From a virus (Duplodnaviria; Caudoviricetes), in the IMG/VR virus record IMGVR_UViG_3300032312_001822, positions 1 through 64,000 of that record: DNA of 64,000 bases; one strand, given 5' to 3'. Every line of letters begins with the position of its first letter. The stretch's first letter is position 1. A model generated the notes under the pieces. The model saw only the letters and a list, made by a program, of their open reading frames with translations, did not search any database and was not told where the DNA came from. Position numbers and translations under genes: made by a program. This document shows positions 28,100 through 37,605 of this stretch, piece by piece.

Positions 28100-28795
28100 A
28101 TGTTATCAGAAACTACAATATTACTTCAAGGAAAAATAGATCCTCTAGTTTATAGTTTTTACTTAAAACATTACAAGAACACTCCAATTGTAGTTTCAAC
28201 TTGGGAAGATACTACATTAGATGATACACTTATAAATGAATATACTTTACTTATAAAGAATAAATATCCTTCAACTAATGGTAAGCAGAATGTTTGTTTG
28301 CAACTACTATCTACCTTAAATGGATTAAATCATATCAAAACTAAGTATCTTATAAAAATTAGAGGTGATGAAATGTATTCAAATTTAGAATATATAAAAT
28401 CTCTACTAGTACAGAATGATAAATTAATCTATACTACTCCTATATTTTTTAGAAAATGGAATGAATCCCCCTACCATATAAGTGATCATTTAATAGCTGG
28501 GTTGACATCTAATATATTTAATATGTTCAACTCAGCACATTTTAATTATTATTCAAATCTTTATGAGTATAATGACACAGTTGAAGTATTATTAGGAAAA
28601 TCATATATAGATTTTTGTGAAAATACAATATTAGATTTTAATGACAGTAATATACAATACATGAAAAAATACTACTCTATATTAAATTTAGAGGAATTAA
28701 AACCTTATAAAGTTGTAGCTAACGCTTTTAATAAGGTATGGTACAATAATTTCAATGATGATTGGAGTATTTTTAATATATCCCAAATAGTTTAA
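28100..28795 (+). CDS. WavE-like polysaccharide synthesis protein
   Basis: ILLQG, IVVSTW, QLLSTLNGL, KIRGD and SDH pattern. Confidence 0.55.
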   Translation: MLSETTILLQGKIDPLVYSFYLKHYKNTPIVVSTWEDTTLDDTLINEYTLLIKNKYPSTNGKQNVCLQLLSTLNGLNHIKTKYLIKIRGDEMYSNLEYIKSLLVQNDKLIYTTPIFFRKWNESPYHISDHLIAGLTSNIFNMFNSAHFNYYSNLYEYNDTVEVLLGKSYIDFCENTILDFNDSNIQYMKKYYSILNLEELKPYKVVANAFNKVWYNNFNDDWSIFNISQIV

Positions 28796-28799
28796 AAAT

Positions 28800-29660
28800 A
28801 TGAATACAGTTATATTTACCACCCACACCACATTAGATTTAAAACATGCTGATTATAGTTTAAAATCTTTATTAGCGTTACAAAATACTGATATTATATG
28901 GGATAATTTTGTTATATATAATACTCATGAACATGAGTTATCTAATGATGATTTAATTGAACTTATCTTTAAATATGATAAGAAAAACTATATTCAGGAG
29001 ATATCAATTTTCCCTTACAACCCAGAACATAATAAGAAAAACTTACTTCAAGATATTCGTAATTGGTATGATATAGGTTTATCTTTAAATCTTCAACATA
29101 CACCTGGTAAAGTTCTTTGGTTAAAATCTGATTATTGTGTTTCAAACAATTTTAATCAAGTATTTTTAGAACATAAGAATAATAATTTTATGTGGTCATT
29201 ACCTACTTTAGGGGCTAAACAAAAAATATCTTATGATAATGTCTTAACTAAACTTAACTTACCAGAATTTACTCCTTCAGATTTTGAAACATATTATAGA
29301 GGAGGAGACAATCCAAATAACACTTTACCAAACCAAGAGATCTCACCTAATGGAGAAATGGATTATCATCCATCTATAAGCTATGTATCTCATAATTATG
29401 TTCATGATTTTAATTTACATGTTATATCAAATGATACTTTAGAGATGGGTAGAGAAATAGCATTCCATCCTCAAGTATTTGATATGAATTCAACTTGGGG
29501 TGGGCCACATAATTTATTTTATGGTTTAAAACAAAATGGAGTATATTTTAGTGGTGAATACAGAGCTTATGGTATTCATATGTTTCATGAAATAATTTCT
29601 GAAAATAGATTAGAGGACCGAGGAGATGATCGTAAATTATATATAGGAGAAAAATACTAA
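28800..29660 (+). CDS. Putative GT-A-like protein
   Basis: WLKSDY (DxD-like), C-terminal HMFH; operon context. Confidence 0.45.
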   Translation: MNTVIFTTHTTLDLKHADYSLKSLLALQNTDIIWDNFVIYNTHEHELSNDDLIELIFKYDKKNYIQEISIFPYNPEHNKKNLLQDIRNWYDIGLSLNLQHTPGKVLWLKSDYCVSNNFNQVFLEHKNNNFMWSLPTLGAKQKISYDNVLTKLNLPEFTPSDFETYYRGGDNPNNTLPNQEISPNGEMDYHPSISYVSHNYVHDFNLHVISNDTLEMGREIAFHPQVFDMNSTWGGPHNLFYGLKQNGVYFSGEYRAYGIHMFHEIISENRLEDRGDDRKLYIGEKY

Positions 29661-29663
29661 ATT

Positions 29664-30101
29664 ATGATATTAATTTCACACAGAGGAAACATAAACGGAA
29701 AAATTCCAGGAAAAGAAAATAATCCTGAATATATTGATAAAGCTATTTCTTTAGGATATGAAGTTGAGGTTGATGTTTGGGGGGCTGATGATATTTTTTT
29801 ATTAGGACATGATGAACCTCAATATGGTGTAAGTCAACTTTGGCTAAGTCAAAGATCACAATCTCTTTGGATACATTGTAAAACTATAGAGACTATGGAA
29901 TGGTTTAACACTATTGGTGGGTTTAATTATTTTTGGCATGAAGAAGATACAGTAACATTAACATCTAAAGGATTTATTTGGGCTTATCCAGGTAAACAAC
30001 CTATAAAACGATCAATAGCAGTAATGCCTGAAATTTATAATGATGATGTGACACAATGTATAGGAATTTGTAGTGATTATATAGAAAATTATAAAAAATG
30101 A
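29664..30101 (+). CDS. GDPD-like phosphodiesterase-fold protein
   Basis: ISHRG, EVDV, LGHD, IHCK and GICSD. Confidence 0.7.
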   Translation: MILISHRGNINGKIPGKENNPEYIDKAISLGYEVEVDVWGADDIFLLGHDEPQYGVSQLWLSQRSQSLWIHCKTIETMEWFNTIGGFNYFWHEEDTVTLTSKGFIWAYPGKQPIKRSIAVMPEIYNDDVTQCIGICSDYIENYKK

Positions 30102-30811
30102 AAATAGCAATTTGTATAAGTGGCCAGCCTAGAAATTTTAAACAAAGTTATGAAAGTTTAAAAACTTATTTTTTAGATAAATACGATTGTGATGTTTATT
30201 TTCATACTTGGGAAACTGATAATTTTGAGTCTACTAATTTTGGGTTTGGTAACCATCAATATAATCTTAATAAAAACAATTATAAAGAATTAATTGATTT
30301 ATACCAGCCTAAAAAATATATTTTAGAACAACCTATAACATTTGATGCTAGTGATTATAAATGCCCTATATGGAGACAACCATTAAATAATACATTAAGC
30401 ATGTTCTATTCAATATATAAATCATTCCAGCTAATTAAAGGTGAATATGATTTAATTGTTAGAACTAGATTTGATATAGATTATTCAAAATTTAATTTGG
30501 AGTTCCCAAAAGAAGGTATTATATTACCTGAATGGAACACTGATATAAGAGTTAAACATAGAGGTTACTATGATGTGTTTGCTTTAGGCAAACAAGAAGA
30601 TATGATAGTTTACTCACAAGTGTTTTCAAATGTTATATCATATGTGACTAATGATGAAGAGATACTCAACCATCTCTCAGGTGGCTGGCCGGGTCAAGAT
30701 TCACCATTAAGAAATGAATATTTACTTAAATGGCATCTAATAAAAAATAATATTAAAGTAATAGAATTACCTACATTAGAAAATAAAGCTGATGTAGGGT
30801 TAATAAGATAA
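30098..30811 (+). CDS. Putative glycosyltransferase-like protein
   Basis: KIAICISGQPR, FHTW and YDLIVRTRFD. Confidence 0.6.
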   Translation: MKIAICISGQPRNFKQSYESLKTYFLDKYDCDVYFHTWETDNFESTNFGFGNHQYNLNKNNYKELIDLYQPKKYILEQPITFDASDYKCPIWRQPLNNTLSMFYSIYKSFQLIKGEYDLIVRTRFDIDYSKFNLEFPKEGIILPEWNTDIRVKHRGYYDVFALGKQEDMIVYSQVFSNVISYVTNDEEILNHLSGGWPGQDSPLRNEYLLKWHLIKNNIKVIELPTLENKADVGLIR

Positions 30812-30812
30812 T

Positions 30813-31727
30813 ATGAAAGGAATTATAACTATATTTGCTTTACCACAAGAATTAGAGGATTTAGCTTTAACATTATACAACCTAAAAAGAAACTCAATAT
30901 ACTTAGATCCTGACACTCAATATAAAATAGACATAACAATGTGTCTATCAGATGATTTGACAGATTGGGGTAAAACTAAATTGCCTAAAGAATATATTCA
31001 AGAAAGGACTACTGAATTAGTTACTAAATTTTTAGATTGGTGTGAATGGAATTTAATGTGGGGACATGAAGAAAATATTTTAGGATGTGTTTCTCAAAGA
31101 AGATATAGTCTTGAAAATAATCCAAATGCTGATTTCTTTATTTGGCTAGATTGTGATTTTATATTTAAAGATACTACTTTAAGTTATATGACCCAAGCAT
31201 ATAAGACTATTAAAGAATCAAATACTAATTTATTTATACTTACACCTCAATTTGTAAAACAATGGGATAACACCTGGGATGTACTTGTTAATAAATCATT
31301 TCTAAATCATCCTATAGATTATGAATTAATAGCTGATGTTTATAAGGATACTTTACCTGATATAGGTGAAGTAGAAGTAAAAACTATTCCTAACTTTAAA
31401 TTTGCAGGTGGTTGGTTTACTCTAATTTCTAAAGACTTATTAAGTAGAACAGGAATACCTGAATCTTTAGGTCACTATGGTTTAGAAGATACTTATGTAA
31501 CTGAATGCTGTAATATATTAAGACGTAATAATGAAAATATATATCAATTTATATTAGAAAATCATATAATAGGTGAAAGTTATACTCACAGGCCTAATGA
31601 AACTGTAAAAAAATATATATCAAGTATAAGTAAAAAAGATGAGTTTACTAAAATAGCTCACACAAATTTTCCAATTGAAATAAATAAATTTTATGAAAGA
31701 AGTAACAGTAGTACTAACAGCTTGTAA
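30813..31727 (+). CDS. GT-A-fold glycosyltransferase-like protein
   Basis: WLDCD (DxD), FAGGWF and YGLEDT. Confidence 0.6.
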   Translation: MKGIITIFALPQELEDLALTLYNLKRNSIYLDPDTQYKIDITMCLSDDLTDWGKTKLPKEYIQERTTELVTKFLDWCEWNLMWGHEENILGCVSQRRYSLENNPNADFFIWLDCDFIFKDTTLSYMTQAYKTIKESNTNLFILTPQFVKQWDNTWDVLVNKSFLNHPIDYELIADVYKDTLPDIGEVEVKTIPNFKFAGGWFTLISKDLLSRTGIPESLGHYGLEDTYVTECCNILRRNNENIYQFILENHIIGESYTHRPNETVKKYISSISKKDEFTKIAHTNFPIEINKFYERSNSSTNSL

Positions 31728-32382
31728 CAGAGCAGATTTATTAGAACAAACTTTAGATAGTTTTTTCAAAATGAATACTTATCCCCTTAAACGTTTTATT
31801 ATTATTGATGATGGAATGAATTTTGGGTGTAATGATTTTATTAAAGACAAATATGATTTTCCTATAGAAGTTATTTATAACGATCCTAAATTATTTCAAA
31901 TCAAATCTATAGATTATGCTTATTCTTTAGTAGACACTGAATATATCTTTCATATGGAAGAAGATTGGTTATTTTTAAAGAAAGGATTTATTGAAGATTC
32001 AATGAAAGTATTAGAAGAGGATCCAAACATATTACAAGTATGGTTAAGAGGAATTGATGACACTACTGCTCCTCATCCATGGGAAAATGATGTATATGAG
32101 ATAGATGGATTACAATGTGTCCTTCTTAAATACACAGGTATTTGGAATGGATTTAGTCTCAACCCAGGATTAAAAAGATTATCAGATTGGAAAAAATTAC
32201 CTAATGGGTATGAGGGATGTGATAGAATAACACCTGCAGAACAGAGTGGAGGAGTTACTCTTGAATGTGATATTTCAGTTGAGTATGCTAAACAAGGAAT
32301 GATTGCTATGAGATTTTTAGAAACATATATTACTCATATTGGTTGGGATAGACATATAATAGATGGAGTTAATGGAAAATAA
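31693..32382 (+). CDS. GT2-like glycosyltransferase
   Basis: LTACNR, IIIDDG, YIFHMEEDW and HIG. Confidence 0.75.
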   Translation: MKEVTVVLTACNRADLLEQTLDSFFKMNTYPLKRFIIIDDGMNFGCNDFIKDKYDFPIEVIYNDPKLFQIKSIDYAYSLVDTEYIFHMEEDWLFLKKGFIEDSMKVLEEDPNILQVWLRGIDDTTAPHPWENDVYEIDGLQCVLLKYTGIWNGFSLNPGLKRLSDWKKLPNGYEGCDRITPAEQSGGVTLECDISVEYAKQGMIAMRFLETYITHIGWDRHIIDGVNGK

Positions 32383-33577
32383 TATACCTAAATTTACATT
32401 TTGTATTACCTCTAAAAATAATTTGAGGTATTTAAAACACGCTGTTTACTATATTAAACAAAACTCAGCTGTTGAACATGATATTTTAGTATTCATAGAT
32501 GCAGACAATGATGGAACTGAAAAATGGTGTACTGAAAATAATATCAAGTATATTAAAAATTCATCTACAGAGTTATTTGGAATAGGTAATGCTTATAATT
32601 TATTAGTTGAGAAATCTGAAACTGATTTTGTAGTAATATATCATGCTGATATGATTATGGGTAAGGGGTTTGATACCGCTCTATACAAAAATTGGAAGCC
32701 TAAAACAGTAATATCAGCCACTAGAATTGAACCCCCACTACATCCATCAGACCCTGCTAAAATTGTTTTAGATTTGGGATTATGGCCTGAAACTGATATT
32801 AAAGATGGATTTAAGGTAAATGAATTTAATACATTTGTAGAACAAAATAAAAAAGATTTAATTACAAATGGTATTTTTGCTCCTTGGTTAATACATAAAG
32901 ATGATTTTAATAATGTAGGAGGACACGATCCTATTATGAAGTCACACAGTGAAGATAGAGACTTATTTAATAGATTTTTATTAAACGGGTACAAATTAAT
33001 TCAGAGTTGGGAGGCATTAGTTTATCATTTAACTTGTAGAGGAGGTCAATTTGAACATGCAAGTGAAACTAAAGATTTAACTCATAAATCAGATGAGTGG
33101 AATAATTTAGCTTATAACCAAACTAGAGAATTTATTAGAAAATGGGGAACACAACCTAAATATGATGAATTTCAACATCCTATTATAGCTCCTAAATATA
33201 ATATAGCATTTGTAGTTAAAAGTTGTAATTCACAAGCATTAGAAACATTTGAACCATGGTGTGATAGAATTTATATTGATGATGAAATGGGAGTATTATT
33301 TGCTTCATATTATGAAAATGGTCATAAAAACACCTCATATGATTTAAAAAAGAGGATATTAAATACTAAATATAATGACCCCCAAGGAGAGAATGATATA
33401 ATAGTGGAGTTTGATATGAAACAATTTACACAACAGTCTTATAATATTATACAACAACTACCAGAAATTATAAAAGAAAGTGGTGAAGTAGGTTCATTTG
33501 AATTAGATATATTTAAAATAATAATTAATAATTTAGCTGAGTATCAAAATGATTTAATATATCTTAAAAATAACTAA
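32363..33577 (+). CDS. GT2-like glycosyltransferase with C-terminal extension
   Basis: YHADM, GGHD..SEDRD and VYHLTCRG. Confidence 0.8.
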   Translation: MELMENNIPKFTFCITSKNNLRYLKHAVYYIKQNSAVEHDILVFIDADNDGTEKWCTENNIKYIKNSSTELFGIGNAYNLLVEKSETDFVVIYHADMIMGKGFDTALYKNWKPKTVISATRIEPPLHPSDPAKIVLDLGLWPETDIKDGFKVNEFNTFVEQNKKDLITNGIFAPWLIHKDDFNNVGGHDPIMKSHSEDRDLFNRFLLNGYKLIQSWEALVYHLTCRGGQFEHASETKDLTHKSDEWNNLAYNQTREFIRKWGTQPKYDEFQHPIIAPKYNIAFVVKSCNSQALETFEPWCDRIYIDDEMGVLFASYYENGHKNTSYDLKKRILNTKYNDPQGENDIIVEFDMKQFTQQSYNIIQQLPEIIKESGEVGSFELDIFKIIINNLAEYQNDLIYLKNN

Positions 33578-33584
33578 TATTTAT
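33577..33584 (+). promoter_or_regulatory. Putative late promoter motif
   Basis: ATATTTAT in a short intergenic gap. Confidence 0.45.
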
Positions 33585-33598
33585 ACTAAAATAAAACT

Positions 33599-34021
33599 AT
33601 GGCTTATAAATTAAAAGAATTCTTCTTAGGTGAAGATTTACTTAAAGAAGAAGGAGAATTAAATTACAACGCTACCTTTAATGGTGAAAAATTTAAAGTG
33701 GTAGTTGATGTAAATAAAAATCCAAGTAAAAAAGGTATTAAAGTTAAATTCTTCCCTGTTAATCAAGAGGGTATGGTAATTTCTAACTTAACACCTGAAG
33801 AAATTGATACATTACAAAACAGTTTAGCAACTACTATATCTAAAAAATTCATTAATTATGGTTTAGAATTTGATAGAGATACAGACGCTCCAGATAAACA
33901 AGCAGCTAATTTTCAAATACCATTAGACTCAGTATTTACATTTATTAGAGATAAAGTATTAGGTAGCACACCTGAAAACGATCCAGAAGAAGAAGTTCCG
34001 GCAGATGAAGAAAACTCCTAA
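33599..34021 (+). CDS. Hypothetical acidic protein
   Basis: ORF track; N-terminal KLKE..LLKEE. Confidence 0.7.
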   Translation: MAYKLKEFFLGEDLLKEEGELNYNATFNGEKFKVVVDVNKNPSKKGIKVKFFPVNQEGMVISNLTPEEIDTLQNSLATTISKKFINYGLEFDRDTDAPDKQAANFQIPLDSVFTFIRDKVLGSTPENDPEEEVPADEENS

Positions 34022-34313
34022 TATAGTATTTATAGATTATAGCTTAAGGGGTATCATGGATACCCTTTTTGCCCCTAAAATACAAAAGTTATTATTTGAA
34101 AATGTTTTTACAAGTATAAAAAGTGCTTTAAAGACTAAAAAGAAAGAGGTTATTATATGTGATATCACTCAAGTAGAAACTAGTATATTAATACCTAAAA
34201 CTCATTGGGTTCATGCTTTAAAATCAGTTTTAGAATATTATGTTAGAGTTGAAGACTACTCAATGTGTACTCAAGTTAATAAACTGATTAAAGATATAGA
34301 AGATGGACGATGA
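34005..34313 (+). CDS. Hypothetical protein with UVR-like C-terminal motif
   Basis: EYYVRVEDYSMCTQVNKLI. Confidence 0.6.
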   Translation: MKKTPNIVFIDYSLRGIMDTLFAPKIQKLLFENVFTSIKSALKTKKKEVIICDITQVETSILIPKTHWVHALKSVLEYYVRVEDYSMCTQVNKLIKDIEDGR

Positions 34314-34731
34314 ATTAAAACATAACTTAGAAGCCGGATTCAATAAATTATTTAACTCCCCAGTTATAATAAGAAAGAAAAAACGTGATCAGGCTCTAAA
34401 GAAAAAGGCGTTATTCATATCTTTAATAACCCAATACGAAATTTCTCTTAACAAATCAGTTAAATTGCAAGAAGAATTTGCTATTGATTTATTTGACTAT
34501 GAAGGGTCATATTATGAAGTTATAGACAAGTTAATGTTGTTAATGTGGGGTGGTGATGTTTATGAAATAATAACTTACTATTTATATGAAAGACTTAATT
34601 TAGATGGTAGTTTAAATAGTATAATTGAAACTAATGAAGAAGGAGTAGAAACTGAAGTGTTCTTAAAAACTTCTGAGGAGTTATATAATTACTTACTAAA
34701 AATTAATCCTATTTTCTTAAACGAAAAATAA
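34303..34731 (+). CDS. Hypothetical protein
   Basis: ORF track. Confidence 0.7.
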   Translation: MDDELKHNLEAGFNKLFNSPVIIRKKKRDQALKKKALFISLITQYEISLNKSVKLQEEFAIDLFDYEGSYYEVIDKLMLLMWGGDVYEIITYYLYERLNLDGSLNSIIETNEEGVETEVFLKTSEELYNYLLKINPIFLNEK

Positions 34732-34736
34732 GTTAT

Positions 34737-35390
34737 ATGGCTAGAGCAGCTAAAATATTCTCTAAGGATGATTTACTTAGAGCAATGAAGGTGACTAAAA
34801 GTGTTAGAGCAGCAGCTCGTTACTTAAATTGTTCATATCAGCATCTTAAACCATATATGAAATCTTATAGGTTAGATGATAATGACATTAACTCCCCTAC
34901 TCTATTTGAAACTCATAAAAACCAAGTTGGTAAAGGTATTCCTAAATTCTTAACTAACCATGGTAAGGGACCTGACTTACAAAAACTATTATCAGGTGAA
35001 TTATACACTGAATCATATAGTATAGATAAATTTAAGCAACGTCTAATAACTGAGGCTATATTACCTGAAGAATGTTCATGTTGTGGGTTTAAAGAACAAC
35101 GAGTATCAGATTATAGAGTACCATTATTATTAAGTTTTAAAGATTATAATAAACGTAATTGGAAAAAAGATAATATAGAATTCTTATGTTACAACTGTTA
35201 TTTCTTAACTATTGGAGACATATTTTCAGCTAAACAAATTCAGGGTATAGAAGATTATAAAGACGTTCCTAAAATACAAGAGGTAAAATGGGAAATGGAT
35301 GATAACACTTATGAACATTTTAAATCATTAGGATTAATAGGTAATGATGAAATTAATGAGGATGATGATTTAGTATCTTATAATAGATAG
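34737..35390 (+). CDS. HTH plus Zn-binding degenerate HNH-like protein
   Basis: SVRAAARYLNCSY (HTH-like), CSCCG and LCYNC; the HNH histidines are not seen. Confidence 0.6.
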   Translation: MARAAKIFSKDDLLRAMKVTKSVRAAARYLNCSYQHLKPYMKSYRLDDNDINSPTLFETHKNQVGKGIPKFLTNHGKGPDLQKLLSGELYTESYSIDKFKQRLITEAILPEECSCCGFKEQRVSDYRVPLLLSFKDYNKRNWKKDNIEFLCYNCYFLTIGDIFSAKQIQGIEDYKDVPKIQEVKWEMDDNTYEHFKSLGLIGNDEINEDDDLVSYNR

Positions 35391-35391
35391 T

Positions 35392-35424
35392 TTTGGCTAT
35401 CTAATATTTCTTTTATATATTTAT
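35392..35424 (+). promoter_or_regulatory. Promoter (early-type overlapping ATATTTAT)
   Basis: TTTGG at 35392 and ATATTTAT at 35417. Confidence 0.55.
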
Positions 35425-35447
35425 AGCATATAAATTAAAACATAAAA

Positions 35448-35891
35448 ATGGAAAATACATTCAACTTAAAAAAATTCCTAGCTGAAGGAAAATTAACTGA
35501 AAATGTAACTGATTTAGTAGTTACTTATTATAAAGATAAAGATAACTATGGTGAAAAAGGTCTAGCTGATGGTTTTCACACAGAAGATGGAAAAAAAGTA
35601 AAATATATTGTTGGATACGATGATATGGATGAAATGGATGATATAGGATACATTTATTCAAAAAGTGGTGCAGATATTGAAACAGATTATACTGAAGATG
35701 ATTTAGATGATGCTTTTATGAACTCATTAAATGAAGTTAAAAAAGTAGTAAATGAAGGAACATATAACTTTACACCTGAAGAAATAGAAATATTAAAAAA
35801 TGGTTTAGGTTGGATACTTGAATACCAAGAAGGTGTTGCTTCTGATGAGTATATTAACGCTGTTAAAGAATTAGAAGTAAAATTAGGATAA
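35448..35891 (+). CDS. Very acidic hypothetical protein
   Basis: FNLKKFLAEGKLTEN start; recurrent LxE. Confidence 0.7.
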   Translation: MENTFNLKKFLAEGKLTENVTDLVVTYYKDKDNYGEKGLADGFHTEDGKKVKYIVGYDDMDEMDDIGYIYSKSGADIETDYTEDDLDDAFMNSLNEVKKVVNEGTYNFTPEEIEILKNGLGWILEYQEGVASDEYINAVKELEVKLG

Positions 35892-35917
35892 AATCCTCAC
35901 CCACTATATAAAAAATG

Positions 35918-35947
35918 TTTGGCTCCCGTAGGGAGCCTTCATATATT
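35918..35947 (+). promoter_or_regulatory. Hairpin fused to an early-type promoter
   Basis: TTTGG at 35918, ggctccc-gta-gggagcc, and CATATATT at 35940. Confidence 0.7.
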
Positions 35948-35967
35948 TAAGTATTAAAATAAAAGTT

Positions 35968-36390
35968 ATGTTATACCAAGTATCAAATGAATGGAAATGT
36001 GGGTTTATGGAAGATTTTATAGCCTACTCTAAAGGTGGTTATACAATAGATTCACCCCAAACTAAAATATCTATTGTAAAAGTATTCAAATACAAAATTG
36101 AATCAAGACAAACACCTGGTATAGCTAACATAAAAGGTAAAAAATTTATAACACCAGGTTGGATACCATGTCATCCAAACACTGAGTTGAGTGATATTAC
36201 TTGGATACAAAAAGTATCAAAACAAGAACAAGTAAAGGAAATTGATACATGGAGATTCAAATCATCAAGTGGTGATGGTGAGTATGTTACTAAACGAAAT
36301 GGTTTTAAATATACTTGTAACTGTCCTGGGTTTTGGAGAGCTAAAGATAGAGAATGTAAGCATATTAAAGAAGTAAAATCATATAAGTAA
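35968..36390 (+). CDS. SWIM zinc-finger protein
   Basis: YTCNCPGF..ECKHI (CxC...CxH). Confidence 0.75.
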   Translation: MLYQVSNEWKCGFMEDFIAYSKGGYTIDSPQTKISIVKVFKYKIESRQTPGIANIKGKKFITPGWIPCHPNTELSDITWIQKVSKQEQVKEIDTWRFKSSSGDGEYVTKRNGFKYTCNCPGFWRAKDRECKHIKEVKSYK

Positions 36391-36395
36391 TATTT

Positions 36396-36626
36396 ATGAG
36401 TATGATAACAACTGAGTACATACATAAATTTATTGACCATACTATTATAAAGTATGTTCCTGAAGGTATAGATCCTATATTACATGTTAATGCTAGAGTT
36501 GAAATTAGATCTGTTATAATGAAATTATTAAAAAACAATCAATTACCTCTAAAGTTATCTTTAATTAAATTAGTTATTATAGATTATAAAGAGATACTTC
36601 ATGCTAAATATTCTGTATTAAATTAG
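36396..36626 (+). CDS. Hypothetical protein
   Basis: ORF track. Confidence 0.5.
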   Translation: MSMITTEYIHKFIDHTIIKYVPEGIDPILHVNARVEIRSVIMKLLKNNQLPLKLSLIKLVIIDYKEILHAKYSVLN

Positions 36627-36652
36627 GCTCCCCAAATTTGATTTCGTATATT
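36624..36652 (+). promoter_or_regulatory. Early-type promoter
   Basis: TTAGGCTCCCC spacer followed by CGTATATT at 36645. Confidence 0.65.
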
Positions 36653-36676
36653 AAGGTATAATTAAAATTAAATGTT

Positions 36677-37039
36677 ATGACTAAAGCACCAAATAGAGGA
36701 AGACCAACTGAAAATGATACTCCAATACTTCAGTACACTCAGAATTTTAAAGAATATACAGGTGAAACATTTACTTGGAATTGGGACAAAACTCGATTCC
36801 CAAATGGACCATTAAATGTTGAAATTAAAGATCCACAATGGAGTACTTTTGATAGACTAGAAAATAAATTAGCATCATTGTTATCTCAATATGAAGTAAA
36901 AGGTAATGAACGTAAAAAACGAATTACTAAAACTGATAAATTAGAAATAGAAGCATTAGAAAGTGAAATAAATGAAATATGGTATGGTTTCTATCCTGAA
37001 GACAGGCCTAAAGTAAGAAAAAACGCTAAACTTAAATAG
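36677..37039 (+). CDS. Hypothetical protein
   Basis: ORF track; GTTATG start. Confidence 0.7.
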   Translation: MTKAPNRGRPTENDTPILQYTQNFKEYTGETFTWNWDKTRFPNGPLNVEIKDPQWSTFDRLENKLASLLSQYEVKGNERKKRITKTDKLEIEALESEINEIWYGFYPEDRPKVRKNAKLK

Positions 37040-37354
37040 ATGAAGGCTAAACAACTTAAATTTAGAGACTTAGATGAACTAATGGAGTTCAATGAACAAC
37101 AAGCTCGTGACATACACCTTCATACTTTTAAATTCTTAAGATATGAATGGAATAAGAATAAAAAGTTTAGTGATATAGATCTTTTCAATATAGACTTTGA
37201 AGGTGATATAGAATTTGATAATATAGTCTTAACTATTTACTCCACAGAGTGGATTAAGGCTTTAGAATTAGGATTAGAATATTTTGTAGAACAAGAAGAA
37301 TACGAGACATGCTCTCAAATTAGAAATTTATTAATTAAAATTAAAAAGAAATGA
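37040..37354 (+). CDS. Hypothetical protein with UVR-like C-terminal motif
   Basis: EYFVEQEEYETCSQIRNLL. Confidence 0.65.
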   Translation: MKAKQLKFRDLDELMEFNEQQARDIHLHTFKFLRYEWNKNKKFSDIDLFNIDFEGDIEFDNIVLTIYSTEWIKALELGLEYFVEQEEYETCSQIRNLLIKIKKK

Positions 37355-37557
37355 GTTATTTTCAAGCAACAGTAGAAATCCTTGACATGAGTGAAAAAGG
37401 TAAACAAACAAAAAACAGAGAGTTATATTTAGTAGATGCTGTTTCGGTAACAGATGCAGAAGTTAAAGTAACAAAAATGTTTGAAGATGAAGGTTCACAA
37501 GTAGATTTTCAAGTAAAAAGTGTTAGAGAAACAAAGATTTTACAAGTAATTGAATAA
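37351..37557 (+). CDS. DUF4494-like protein (Bacteroidota family)
   Basis: ELYLVDAVSVTDAE...VKSVRETKI pattern. Confidence 0.7.
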   Translation: MSYFQATVEILDMSEKGKQTKNRELYLVDAVSVTDAEVKVTKMFEDEGSQVDFQVKSVRETKILQVIE

Positions 37558-37605
37558 AAGCTTTTTGAAGCACACCCCATCCTTAGATACATATATACGC
37601 CACAA

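Noticed and set aside
36390-36397. ATATTTAT as a late promoter for ORF 36396
   Set aside because: It overlaps the start codon, and the octamer is expected by chance many times in DNA this AT-rich.
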